64,000 nucleotides of DNA from an uncultured Candidatus Micrarchaeota archaeon (GCA_903835385.1 CAILMQ010000013.1:2687-66686), one strand, 5' to 3'. Shown: positions 30,046-39,822, counted from the stretch's first letter. Program-made: numbers and translations. The notes: a model not told the origin generated them from the letters alone.

Positions 30046-31398
30046 TTATAAACTATTATTAGTTTGTAATACCTTGACGTAATATGCCCCCCGCGTTCTA
30101 CCGACTCTCCTTAGCAGTCCCCTTTTTATGAGGTCGTTCAGGTCTGAAACTGCCATTGGATGTGAAACTGCAGCCATTTTCTCGTATGTTTTTGAAGTTA
30201 GAGAAGGATTCTTTTCTAGGTATGATATAGCTCGTTTTTGCCGCTCATTAAGGTCTGCTCTAGCTATGTGCGATTTGTTGCATAGTGTCACTCTGAAGAA
30301 GCTTCCCAGCTCTTCAAAAATGGGTTCCGGCAAGCCCGTCTCTTTCATTGCTGAACGCATTCTTGGTATGCCTGTTGCAAACCCTTCAATCAGTTTAAGG
30401 TCGCGCAAGAGTCGGTAAGTTAAATGATTTCTAGGAACTGAAATACTGCCCAAAATCTGAAGGCTCAAACCCGTTGGCAGCGTGCCAGGGTTTATGAACT
30501 CAATTCTGTCATCAAAAATATTTATTTGAACTGCATCCCGACTTAGATAATCTCGATGAGTTAGGGCGTTTATCAGGGCTTCGCGTATAACTGGGAACGG
30601 ATATTCTGGTTGTTCCTCCCGCTCCAACTTTTCTATTTTTACGGCAACACGCGTATTCTTCTTTATGAACTCTTCAGCTTCCTTTAGGTTTTCCAAAATA
30701 GTAGCCTTGACAATCCTTGAATCGATTATGTCGACTGGCTGATCACCCCTAAATCTCACGAGCTTAATTTCATTTTGGGGTAAAAATCTGGCCGGTTCTT
30801 TTGCGAAGAATAGAATGGCTGTGTTTTTTATCCATGAGTCGCCATTTTTACCTAGCAACCCTAAGTTGAATAGGTATTCTTGAACTTTGGTCTCGTCGAA
30901 CACGAGTTCTGGCGACCGTTTCTTTACAAATTCTTGTATCTTGTTTATATTCAAATCTTCGAGCTTTGCTTGTGAGCGTGACTCGTCAAAAGAGAGGATG
31001 TGCCGGTTAATCAGATAATCCTGAAGCGTTCGCCCTTCCAGTTTGGTATTGCTACTGCCAGCGCGGTAATATACTATGCCCCCGAAGGTGCAAAACGCTC
31101 CTTGGCCAATTTGATAGATTTCGCATACTACTGTTTTCTTTCCTTCTTTCTCCTCAACAAAGATTTTGTGGAATGGAACTGGAGAAACTTGTTGTATCGC
31201 TCCTTCAAGGCGCTGTTGCAGCGAATCGATCTCTTTCGCTGGAACGCCTATTGTTTTACCATCATCTGCAATTCCAATAACTATCTTACCGCCGGAGGCG
31301 TTGGCGAAAGCGCAGGTAGTCTTGCTTATCTCTTTGAAATTTTCTACGCTGTGCTTGAATTCCAAGCCTTGGCTTTCCGTGTTCATAGAATCCACCAT
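30046..31398 (-). CDS. AlbA_2 (Schlafen-like) DNA-binding domain plus HATPase_c_4 ATPase protein
   Basis: N-terminal ...ESQGLEFKHSVENFKEISKTTCAFANASGGKIVIGIADDG...; the C-terminal winged helix resembles the RecG-C-terminal/AlbA_2 family (weaker call). Lies in a low-GC segment. The ORF-track N-terminal extension to 31899 is spurious. Confidence 0.6.
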   Translation of the reverse strand: MVDSMNTESQGLEFKHSVENFKEISKTTCAFANASGGKIVIGIADDGKTIGVPAKEIDSLQQRLEGAIQQVSPVPFHKIFVEEKEGKKTVVCEIYQIGQGAFCTFGGIVYYRAGSSNTKLEGRTLQDYLINRHILSFDESRSQAKLEDLNINKIQEFVKKRSPELVFDETKVQEYLFNLGLLGKNGDSWIKNTAILFFAKEPARFLPQNEIKLVRFRGDQPVDIIDSRIVKATILENLKEAEEFIKKNTRVAVKIEKLEREEQPEYPFPVIREALINALTHRDYLSRDAVQINIFDDRIEFINPGTLPTGLSLQILGSISVPRNHLTYRLLRDLKLIEGFATGIPRMRSAMKETGLPEPIFEELGSFFRVTLCNKSHIARADLNERQKRAISYLEKNPSLTSKTYEKMAAVSHPMAVSDLNDLIKRGLLRRVGRTRGAYYVKVLQTNNSL

Positions 31399-31436
31399 AT
31401 CGTTAAGTATCTGTAAATAATAATACTTAACAATAT

Positions 31437-31733
31437 TTAAAGATATGCACGTATGGCAAGCACCCACCCGATGCAGAAGGACAGTGTTTCCCTGTCGAAT
31501 GCCTTTTTCGTATAATTGTATTCCGCAGCCTCCTTGGGGAACATGCTTGAGAGTTCGGCATAGCTTAGGGCCGTGAATATGGCGATGGCTGCCGAGATGA
31601 GGAATGCGAGCCAGAGCATGTCCCCGGCGAGCCCGGCTCCGATGGCTATGAGCGCGTATATGCCCGCGCCCAGTATCACGCCTATGCCGTACATCGTTGT
31701 GCTGAATAGCCCGAGCCCGCGTTTGAGCGCCAC
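31437..31733 (-). pseudogene. N-terminal remnant (TM1-2) of an APC-family amino-acid permease, truncated after ~98 codons
   Basis: MALKRGLGLFSTTMYGIGVILGAGIYALIAIGAGLAGD...SYAELSSMFPKEAAEYNY is a canonical APC N-terminus. The reading frame stops exactly where the low-GC island begins. Confidence 0.55.
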
Positions 31734-31785
31734 GATTCATGCTGTGAAATCCCATTTTTAAAAATCTTCCTTCCGAAAGCCCCCT

Positions 31786-32784
31786 ATGGCCAAAAAACCA
31801 CAGACTGAAAGCCGCAAGAGGGACCATATCCAGATAGCCCTGGAAAAGGACGTGCAATACTGCCGCACCACCGGCCTGGAGCGGGCGGAGCTTCTCCACA
31901 ACGCGCTTCCTGAAGTGGATTTCGATTCCATTGACCTTTCCATGAAATTCCTCGGGAAGAAGATATCATGCCCCCTGCTCATCTCGGCCATGACCGGCGG
32001 CTATCCTGAAGCGAAAAAGATAAACGAGGAGCTTGCCGCCGCCGCGCAAAAGCACAACATCGCCTTCGCGCTCGGCTCCCAGCGCGCCATGCTCGAGAAC
32101 CCCGCGCTCAGGGAAACCTATTGCGTGAGGAGCGTCGCACCGGACATCCCGGTAATAGGCAACATCGGGGCAATGCAGCTCAAGAGCTGCCCGGTGGACA
32201 AGGTGCTCGGGCTCGTGTCCGCAGTGGAGGCGGACGCTCTCGCAGTGCATCTCAATCCGTTGCAGGAGGTAATCCAGCCAGAAGGCGACCGTGATTTCTC
32301 AGGCGTGCTTGCCGCAATCGCGAAGCTGTGCGAGAAATCCGGCGTGCCAATAATAGCCAAGGAGACCGGGACAGGAATCTCCCAGGACGTTGCGCTGAAG
32401 CTCAAGGAGGCGGGCGTGGCCTGGATTGACGTCGCAGGCGCGGGCGGTACATCCTGGTCAAAGGTGGAGTACGTGCGCAACGGCGCGACACCCGGCTTCG
32501 GGGAGTGGGGGATACCTACGCTGGATGCGCTCATAGAGTGCAGGGGCGTGCTTCCCATGATAGCCAGCGGCGGCATCAGGAGCGGCATTGACGCGGCGAA
32601 GTGCGTCGCGCTGGGCGCGGACTTGGCAGGTGCCGCCTATCCGTTCCTCAAGGCCCTGGGCCGCAGCCAGGCGAAGCTCGACGAGACGCTCACGCTCTGG
32701 GAGGCGCAGATGAAAAAGGCGGCTTTCCTCACCGGGTGCAGGACGAGGGACGAGCTCAAGAAGGCGAAGATGGTTTTCCGCTGA
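31786..32784 (+). CDS. fni: isopentenyl-diphosphate delta-isomerase, type 2 (FMN-dependent)
   Basis: TIM-barrel IDI-2 motifs (SAMTGG, ...GAGGTSW..VE...), 332 aa. Confidence 0.85.
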   Translation: MAKKPQTESRKRDHIQIALEKDVQYCRTTGLERAELLHNALPEVDFDSIDLSMKFLGKKISCPLLISAMTGGYPEAKKINEELAAAAQKHNIAFALGSQRAMLENPALRETYCVRSVAPDIPVIGNIGAMQLKSCPVDKVLGLVSAVEADALAVHLNPLQEVIQPEGDRDFSGVLAAIAKLCEKSGVPIIAKETGTGISQDVALKLKEAGVAWIDVAGAGGTSWSKVEYVRNGATPGFGEWGIPTLDALIECRGVLPMIASGGIRSGIDAAKCVALGADLAGAAYPFLKALGRSQAKLDETLTLWEAQMKKAAFLTGCRTRDELKKAKMVFR

Positions 32785-32954
32785 CCTATTGCAGTCCACA
32801 AAAGTTTTGCAACTTTTGTGTCCTGCGTAATAGCAAACCGCGTCTCGGTCTTATCCGGCAACTACTGTTGCAAGACTTTCGCGGTTCGCTATAATCTTGT
32901 GTCAAATCATGGCTGAAGATATAATTAAATACCGGTCGCGGCATATCTGTTTCC

Positions 32955-34607
32955 ATGAATATGAATAGGCACGCCGCACCGCCAGCCGGCACGCGCATAT
33001 ATCCGCCCAAAATGCAGAGGGACGTCGAGACGATGCGCCGCCTGTACCAGAAGCTGAACGCGGGGCCGCTCTTCGAGCAGCACGTGCTCAGGGTGCTTGA
33101 CTACGCCATGCAGGAGAACATAGTCACCGCGTCCGAGGTCGAAGCAGGGGAGAGGCTCAACCGCAGGGTCGAGCTGCTGATACTCTGCCATCACGTGCGC
33201 GACATGCCGTCCCTTCCATGGCGCGGCCTCATAGCCAGGGACATGGCGGATTATCTCGCGCTGCACAGGCTGGACCTGGGCCCGCACCGCGACTGGTCCG
33301 CTTATGCGGCGCTGCTGCGGAAGCCCGACGGCGCGCTGCCGCCGGCCGTTCTCGCGGTGCTGGCCGAGAAGGCGCTCTACAGCGAGACCTCGCTGCCGTC
33401 GTTCTACGGGGTGACGGAAAGGTCGGCTCCAGGCATACGCATCCCGCGGGACTGGGAGGCGGACAGGAAGGCCATGGCCGAGCCGGACCTTGTCGTTTAC
33501 CGGAAGCTGGCGAACCTGCTCGGCTACCATGACACATACAACAGGATAGGGGCGCACGCGCTCGGCTCGCTCCCGGACTTCGAGGCCCTGCTGCATGAGG
33601 TAAGGATGGAAAAGGCGCGCCTGGCCCAGGCGCTAAGGCGCACCGGAGAGGCGGTTTCGAAGCTCGTGGCACGCGTATGCGACGAGCTCACCCGCCTGGG
33701 AGTACCCTACGTGGTGCAGGGCAGGGGCGAGAAGAGCGAGGCCAGCCAGGCGCTCAAGCTCAGGGAGCGGCGTTCCAAGGGCGAGGAGCTCACGGTCGCG
33801 GGGACCCACGACAGCGTCGCGCTCAGGCTCATAATATGCCGCGCAAAGGGCGCGATGACCGAGAACCTCGGAGGCGTGCGCATTGCCGAGAACGTGCTGT
33901 TCAGGAAGGCTGGCACGCTCAGGCAGGCCGGGCTCTTCCCTTACATAGACGTGAAGCCGGAGATGTTCATCGCCAGGCCCAAGCCCAACGGCTACCGCAG
34001 CGACCACTACGACTTCCAGCTCGTGGCGGACGGCGAGCGGAACCCGAACTACGTCAACGTGGAGGTCCAGGTGCTCACGCAGGAGATGTACGAGTTCAAC
34101 ATGCACGGCGGCGCCGCGCACATCGCGTACAAGGACGCGAAGGACTACGAGGCAGTGGCCGGCATGGGCGACATACGCGCGGTCCTGCTGCGGAACTACC
34201 AAAGGCTGCTCGACGACCTCCAGACCATGCGGGGCAGGCGGAGGAACGGGGACGACCGGTACTCGAAGTTCCCTGCGGCTGCGGCCGGGTCCGAGGCCGT
34301 CGTGCGCATCAGCGTCAGGAGGTTCGACGGGAACACCGCCGGCCTGGAGGTCATGCACCAGGAGGGCGACCTGGCCCTGGACGTCCTGGCCAGGAGCGGG
34401 CTGGACCTGCGCAGCCACGCGGTGGACGGCCGCTGCTCGGACAAGGCCGTGCCGGGGCAGACCGTGGCGGTGGTGCAGAAGCCGGATGCCATGGGCGCAC
34501 AGCTGGCCCGGGCATTGCACCAGTCGTCGGCCCACTTCAACGCGTTCACCATGAACAAGCTGGCCGAGATTTTCCGGGAAGATGCCGGTAAAAAGCAGAG
34601 ACACTAA
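32955..34607 (+). CDS. RelA/SpoT-homolog (RSH) protein: (p)ppGpp-synthetase-like nucleotidyltransferase domain with a long N-terminal extension
   Basis: HDSVALRLIICRA...FRKAG.LR...IARPKPNGYRSDHY...VEVQVLTQEMYEFNMHGGAAHIAYK parallels the RelA_SpoT synthetase core (D..A.R.I, PK.NGYQS.H, E.Q.RT..M, AAH..YK). Confidence 0.65.
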   Translation: MNMNRHAAPPAGTRIYPPKMQRDVETMRRLYQKLNAGPLFEQHVLRVLDYAMQENIVTASEVEAGERLNRRVELLILCHHVRDMPSLPWRGLIARDMADYLALHRLDLGPHRDWSAYAALLRKPDGALPPAVLAVLAEKALYSETSLPSFYGVTERSAPGIRIPRDWEADRKAMAEPDLVVYRKLANLLGYHDTYNRIGAHALGSLPDFEALLHEVRMEKARLAQALRRTGEAVSKLVARVCDELTRLGVPYVVQGRGEKSEASQALKLRERRSKGEELTVAGTHDSVALRLIICRAKGAMTENLGGVRIAENVLFRKAGTLRQAGLFPYIDVKPEMFIARPKPNGYRSDHYDFQLVADGERNPNYVNVEVQVLTQEMYEFNMHGGAAHIAYKDAKDYEAVAGMGDIRAVLLRNYQRLLDDLQTMRGRRRNGDDRYSKFPAAAAGSEAVVRISVRRFDGNTAGLEVMHQEGDLALDVLARSGLDLRSHAVDGRCSDKAVPGQTVAVVQKPDAMGAQLARALHQSSAHFNAFTMNKLAEIFREDAGKKQRH

Positions 34608-34747
34608 TAGTTTGAAATTTCCCGGCTTGCAAGGCCTCCAGCGACCGAAGTGGCACGTGTCTATACGAAGTCCGCTTCTTCTTTGAATAATGGCGAACGG
34701 CAACGAATTGCAGAATAATGGGAAAACCGGGGTGCTGGCAGGAGCCG

Positions 34748-35206
34748 CTAGACTCCTTTGAACTCGTCCGTCTCCTTCACCACGTTGAGCACCATGTTGG
34801 TGTTCGTCTTTTCCACGTGCGCTATGGCCAGTATGCGCTTAATGAGCCCGCTGAGTTCCGACCTCGACCTGCACATCAGGATGGCGATGGAGTCGTACTG
34901 GCCCGTCACGTCGTAGACCGCCGCGACGCCGGGAAGTTTCGCTATCCTCTCCTGCACGTCCAGCAGCGAGCCGTGGGATATGGATATCTGCACTATGGCC
35001 ATGAACTCGTAGCCGAGCCTGAGGAAGTCCAGCCTCGCGGAGTAGCCCTTCACGTAGCCGTTCTTCTCCAGCTTTCTCACCCTCTCCATGAGGGAGGCAG
35101 GGCTCAGCCCCACGGCCTGCGCCAGCTGGCGGTAGGAGCGCCTGCAGTCCGACCGCATCTCCTCTATGATTCTCCTGTCCACGGCATCCAATTGTTCGGA
35201 TTTCAT
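34748..35206 (-). CDS. lrp: Lrp/AsnC family transcriptional regulator
   Basis: MKSEQLDAVDRRIIEEMRSDCRRSYRQLAQAVGLSPASLMERVRKLEKNGYV (HTH) plus a RAM domain. Divergent from glnA. Start at M14 of the track ORF. Confidence 0.8.
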   Translation of the reverse strand: MKSEQLDAVDRRIIEEMRSDCRRSYRQLAQAVGLSPASLMERVRKLEKNGYVKGYSARLDFLRLGYEFMAIVQISISHGSLLDVQERIAKLPGVAAVYDVTGQYDSIAILMCRSRSELSGLIKRILAIAHVEKTNTNMVLNVVKETDEFKGV

Positions 35207-35339
35207 CGGTTTCGCCCCTTTATTGCGAAACGTTTGTTCATTCATTTTTTAAACAATGCTGTCAAATGAAAGGCAAAATCATGAAAAATATTATATACGG
35301 CACGCAACGAATCAGCGTAACGATAAAAACGGTGGGAAC

Positions 35340-36674
35340 ATGGCGCAAGCGAAAAATGAAATCTTCGAGAGGGTGGAAAAGGACGGGGTGAAATTCGTGA
35401 ACCTGCAGTTCACGGACCTGCTGGGAATGGTGAAGAGCATAACCCTTCCTGCAAGGCATTTGGACAACGCGTTCCAGAACGGCGCATGGTTCGACGGCTC
35501 CTCGGTGGAAGGGTTCGCGAGAATCCACGAGTCGGACATGTACCTGAAGCCAGACGCGTCCACATACGCGGTGATACCATGGCTCGATTCGGACAAGGGG
35601 CAGACCGCGAGGTTCATCTGCGACGTCTACAGCCCCGACGGCAAGCCGTTTGCCGGTGACCCGAGGCACATACTGAAAAGGACATTGGCCGAAGCCGAAT
35701 CAATGGGCTTCGAGTACAAGACCGGGCCGGAAATCGAGTTCTTCCTGTTCAGGAGGGAGAACGGCGCCCTGAAGCCCCTGCCGCACGACACCGGCGGCTA
35801 TTTCGATTTCACCTCCGACAAGGCATACGACGTGCGCAGGGACATGAACGTGGCGGTGGAGGCTTTCGGCATCAACGTGGAGGCCTCGCATCACGAGGTC
35901 GCCCTGGGCCAGCACGAGATAGACTTCCGCTACGACAACGCGCTCCGCTCCGCGGACGCGACCTCGACCGTGCGCTTCGTGCTCAAGGCAATCGCCCAGC
36001 GCCACGACCTGCACGCGACCTTCATGGCAAAGCCCATCGCAGGCATAAACGGGAGCGGCATGCACGTGCACCAGAGCCTGTTCAGGGGGGCGGACAACGC
36101 CTTCTACGACGCGTCGGACAAATACGGGCTGTCCAAGGAAGCGTATTCCTTCATCGCGGGCCAGCTCGCCCATGCGAAATCCATGGCAGGCATACTTTCG
36201 CCCACCGTTAACTCGTTCAAGCGCCTGGTGCCCGGCTACGAGGCGCCGGTCTATATCTCCTGGGCGAGGATAAACCGCTCGGCCCTCATACGCATACCGA
36301 AAATCTCCGCCGGAAAGCCGGGCAGCACGCGCATAGAACTGCGGTGCCCTGACTCGACCTGCAACATCTATCTCGCCTTCGCCGTGATGCTGAGAGCCGG
36401 GCTTGCGGGCATAAAACAGGGGCTGGTTCCGCCTGAGCCGGTGGAGGAGAACCTGTTCCATTTCGACGACAAGAAGCTGGAGGCCATGAAAATCGCCACT
36501 TTGCCGCATTCCCTCTGGGACGCGCTCAAGGAGATGAAGGCCGACCCGGTGATACGGGAAACGCTCGGCGACTCGACGTTCGCGAAATACGTGGAGGCCA
36601 AGACCGAGGAATGGGACTCCTTCCGGCTCCATGTCACGCAGTGGGAGCTGGACCAGTACCTTGAGAAGTATTGA
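35340..36674 (+). CDS. glnA: glutamine synthetase type I
   Basis: GS beta-grasp and catalytic motifs (KPIAGINGSGMHVHQS, NSFKRLVPGYEAP). Start at MAQAKNE. Confidence 0.9.
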   Translation: MAQAKNEIFERVEKDGVKFVNLQFTDLLGMVKSITLPARHLDNAFQNGAWFDGSSVEGFARIHESDMYLKPDASTYAVIPWLDSDKGQTARFICDVYSPDGKPFAGDPRHILKRTLAEAESMGFEYKTGPEIEFFLFRRENGALKPLPHDTGGYFDFTSDKAYDVRRDMNVAVEAFGINVEASHHEVALGQHEIDFRYDNALRSADATSTVRFVLKAIAQRHDLHATFMAKPIAGINGSGMHVHQSLFRGADNAFYDASDKYGLSKEAYSFIAGQLAHAKSMAGILSPTVNSFKRLVPGYEAPVYISWARINRSALIRIPKISAGKPGSTRIELRCPDSTCNIYLAFAVMLRAGLAGIKQGLVPPEPVEENLFHFDDKKLEAMKIATLPHSLWDALKEMKADPVIRETLGDSTFAKYVEAKTEEWDSFRLHVTQWELDQYLEKY

Positions 36675-36696
36675 TTCGATTGGGGAAGGCCGGGCC

Positions 36697-37158
36697 TCAC
36701 TGTATCCTGACTTTGGCCATTCCCGGGTTCGGGGTTCTCTCCACGCTTATGCCCCCGAGCGCCCAAGGCCGGTTCTCCGCGCTTCCATCGAAATTGACGC
36801 GGAACTGCCCTTGAGACGTCCCGGACACACGCGAAACGTCCGTGTTGAAAACGACCCCTTGCCCGTCCACGCCAGCCATACGGATGCTGCTCTTGCCATT
36901 ATTTCTCCCGGATTCGACGCTTGCGACGTTCGCGCGCCAGATGGTGTCGCCTGCCTTGGCAAGGACCTCGCAGGTCGGTAGCCGCTTGCACGGTGCCGCC
37001 AATCCCGTGATCTCGACGCTGTCCGAAGGCTTTATTGCTCTCTTTGCCGCGCATACGCCGAGGCATCCCAGCGCTCCGGTGACGAGTACCATGGCTGTGA
37101 GCCTCTTGGCTCTCGCGGTTACGCTCGCTTTTGGTTTCTGAGTTTGAATAGCCTCCAT
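36697..37158 (-). CDS. small secreted/membrane-anchored protein
   Basis: N-terminal hydrophobic segment (LTAMVLVTGALGCLGVCAA). No known domain. Confidence 0.4.
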   Translation of the reverse strand: MEAIQTQKPKASVTARAKRLTAMVLVTGALGCLGVCAAKRAIKPSDSVEITGLAAPCKRLPTCEVLAKAGDTIWRANVASVESGRNNGKSSIRMAGVDGQGVVFNTDVSRVSGTSQGQFRVNFDGSAENRPWALGGISVERTPNPGMAKVRIQ

Positions 37159-37276
37159 GGTATCATCCTGTCGGGTATTGAACAGAAGTTATTATAAAAT
37201 GCCTTTTTTACCACACTATCCTTCAATCCTGAATAAACCGGAATAAAAATAAGAGGAATAATAAAAAATAAGAAAT

Positions 37277-37981
37277 TCACTCCTTCCGGCCGTCGAGCGC
37301 AAACGCGTACCTTTTCTCGAGGTTCACGTCCCTGCTTATTTCCACAACCTTGTCCACCGCGTTCAGAACGCTGGTGAAAACCCAGTACGTGGCGCTGATG
37401 CCCAGCGCGAACACGGACCTCTCCAGCGCCACTATTGGGATGAGCGCAATCCACAGCGCGGGCACTGTAGGCACGGTGTAAAGGAACAGCACGCTTCCGA
37501 TTGCGTGCGCGGTGAACGTCGCCCCGTAGCTCCGCAGGAGCAGCCGCTCAGGCAGGAACTTCACGATGATGGGTATGGTCCAGTAGAGCGCGTATATCCA
37601 TGCCTGCTGCCCGATTGGGTTCAGCCAGAACGCGAGCATGGCGAGCGCCGGAACCACCAGGCTGAGCCTGTCCGAGAACGCCCTTGCCCCGTTCTTCCAG
37701 AAATAATAAGCCGCGAACATCATGGGCGTGAGCCCGGCGGCGTCCCAGAACGTGAAAGGAGCGCCTCCGATCACGAAAGACGCAGCCTTTGCCACGAACA
37801 CCGCAGCAACTCCTGCCATGCCGAGGAATCCGCCGGCAACCGGACCGAAAAGCTCGAACAGCGTGAACGATTTGCCGGTCACGCCCTGGAGCGCGAACAC
37901 GCTTGTGTTCAGGCCGACGAACGCAAGAACCGCGAAAAAAGCCAGGAATGCCAGTCCCCGTATCGAAAATAGTTTTTCCAT
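37277..37981 (-). CDS. polytopic membrane protein (possible ECF-transporter S-component-like)
   Basis: Six predicted TM helices, 234 aa. The functional guess is weak. Confidence 0.45.
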   Translation of the reverse strand: MEKLFSIRGLAFLAFFAVLAFVGLNTSVFALQGVTGKSFTLFELFGPVAGGFLGMAGVAAVFVAKAASFVIGGAPFTFWDAAGLTPMMFAAYYFWKNGARAFSDRLSLVVPALAMLAFWLNPIGQQAWIYALYWTIPIIVKFLPERLLLRSYGATFTAHAIGSVLFLYTVPTVPALWIALIPIVALERSVFALGISATYWVFTSVLNAVDKVVEISRDVNLEKRYAFALDGRKE

Positions 37982-38095
37982 GGTTCCACTCCCGCAATTT
38001 AATACTGGTTATGGATATCCGGTTATGTTTATTAATTTACCCCATCCCAGCGCGGTTGCGCGTGTTTAAAATACCTTTGTTACATAAATTATAAC

Positions 38096-39592
38096 ATGTC
38101 AAGAAGGCAGACCCCGGGCCCTACAGTGGCTCCCACGTGCGCGGAGCGGCCCCCCAGGCAGAAACCGAAATTCCCAGAACCTGTGCCAGAGCCCCGCAGC
38201 CAGCCGGAGGGCGGCGAAAGCCTGCTCGGGAAAGTGCTCGATGGCAAATACCTCATTATCAAGAAACTCGGTTCAGGCGGCATGGGACAGGTATATCTCG
38301 CCGAGGAACAAGAGGGAGGCAGGCAGTTCGCCATAAAAGTGCTGGACTCATCGGGCCGCCCCGGCCTTTTCCAGAAGGAGGTCATGGCTCCGATAGACAT
38401 CGGGCACGAGAACGTGGTCAACATGTTCGGCTATGGCAGGACGTCCAAGGGGCCCGACGGCTACCCGTTCATAGTGATGGAATACCTTAAGGGCATGGAC
38501 TTGGGCAAGCTGCTTGAAAGCAAGACGCGGCTCGACTGGCCCAGGGCCAGGGACATAATACTGCAGGTCTGCGACGCGCTCCAGGCAGCCCACCAGCAGG
38601 GGGTGGTCCATTTGGACATGAAGCCCATGAACGTATTCCTGGTGGACCGTCCCGGGAAGCCTTTTGTGAAGGTCCTGGATTTCGGCATCTCCAAGCTTTC
38701 CGAAGAAATGGCCGGCGCAGAGGCTTCCTCGGGCAGGGGTTTTATCGGCACTCCGGCATACGCGCCGCCGGAGCAGGCACACGGGTCCAAGGAGTGCGAC
38801 CATCGCTCCGACATATATAGCGTTGGCGTCATGCTCTATGAGATGCTTTGCGGCAGCCTGCCCTTTGTCAGCGATGCTCCGCCCGGCGAACGCGTCAAGG
38901 ATATCATGCGCATGCACGCGGAGTGCGAGCCGCCGCCTTTCTCCACCCACGGTCCTACGACCGGCATACTGGACGGCGTCGAGGCCGCGGTCATGCGCTG
39001 CCTTGCGAAGAAAAAAGAGGGCAGGTTCCAGTCCATGACCGAACTGGCACGGGCGCTGCCCGCCGTAGGAAGGCCGTCGCAACCGGCCCGGGCGCTGGAG
39101 CTGCCGGAGGGGGACCTTGAAACGAGGCCGCGGCTCAGGACGCAGAAGTCTTCGCCCCTGGCCGCAATAATCACAGCCGCGCTCATCACGTTCGGGGCGG
39201 CCGGAGCATGGCTCTACTACACCCGCCACGACAAGGGCGCGGTTCCTGCGGAACAGGACGCGCAGCCAGTTGCCGTTGCCGGGCCAGACGCCTCAGCCGA
39301 GCATCCTGCTGAAAAAAAGAAACATGCTTCTAAGGGCGCGTCCAACGCCGGGCCCGTTTCGCCTGCGAATGCCGGGGAGGCGAAGAAGCAGGCTCCTAAG
39401 AAGCCCCGTGGCCGGGCACACGGAACCGGCACGTCCGAAGCCGAGAGTGCCGCGCCTGCCGAAGATTCCGAACACGGGCAGCAACCCGACAAGGAAGCGT
39501 CCGAAAACGATCCGAATAATAACATTGGCGAGCAGTCCGGTCCGGACGAAGAGGAGCCTTCGAACGAAAGCGAGGCTGAAGAATCAAAATAA
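38096..39592 (+). CDS. Hanks-type (eukaryotic-like) Ser/Thr protein kinase with TM segment and acidic low-complexity tail
   Basis: GSGGMGQVY (G-loop), AIKVL (VAIK), HLDMKPMNV (catalytic loop; non-RD, HLD in place of HRD), DFGISK, GTPAYAPPE. TM segment LAAIITAALITFGAAGAWLYY. Confidence 0.85.
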   Translation: MSRRQTPGPTVAPTCAERPPRQKPKFPEPVPEPRSQPEGGESLLGKVLDGKYLIIKKLGSGGMGQVYLAEEQEGGRQFAIKVLDSSGRPGLFQKEVMAPIDIGHENVVNMFGYGRTSKGPDGYPFIVMEYLKGMDLGKLLESKTRLDWPRARDIILQVCDALQAAHQQGVVHLDMKPMNVFLVDRPGKPFVKVLDFGISKLSEEMAGAEASSGRGFIGTPAYAPPEQAHGSKECDHRSDIYSVGVMLYEMLCGSLPFVSDAPPGERVKDIMRMHAECEPPPFSTHGPTTGILDGVEAAVMRCLAKKKEGRFQSMTELARALPAVGRPSQPARALELPEGDLETRPRLRTQKSSPLAAIITAALITFGAAGAWLYYTRHDKGAVPAEQDAQPVAVAGPDASAEHPAEKKKHASKGASNAGPVSPANAGEAKKQAPKKPRGRAHGTGTSEAESAAPAEDSEHGQQPDKEASENDPNNNIGEQSGPDEEEPSNESEAEESK

Positions 39593-39593
39593 A

Positions 39594-39822
39594 AAAAACG
39601 GGCCTCTGATTGCCCTGTGGGGCAATTCGGTCCGAATTTCCTGAGGCAAAACTCAAGCCTGGAAACTGATTACAAACGAAATTCGGGCCTCTGATTGCCC
39701 TGTGGGGCAATTCGGCCCGTTTTTCCGGAGTCAAGGCTCAGGCTGGCACCTTTCAAAAGAAGAAAAAACGGGCCTCTTAGTGACCTCACTTCGTTCGGTC
39801 ACTTCGCCCCGTTTTCCTTGAG
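39594..39822. repeat. three tandem palindromic hairpin elements sharing aaaacgggcc...ggcccgtttt arms (two with an identical 33-nt core)
   Basis: 39594-39645 and 39673-39728 share cgggcctctgattgccctgtggggcaattcgg. 39763-39822 has the same arms with a different inner hairpin. On the minus strand each is followed by a T-run (candidate terminators). Confidence 0.6.

Noticed and set aside
33633-34703. 356-aa minus-strand ORF antisense to the RelA/SpoT-like gene. Also 35700..36632 antisense to glnA, 16235..17263 antisense to idsA, 20163..20816 inside prf1, and 10106..10822 over the NMD3-like gene.
   Set aside because: Long antisense ORFs are expected at ~60% GC. Their translations are Arg/Pro/Gly-rich with no motifs, whereas the sense-strand genes carry clear family signatures.
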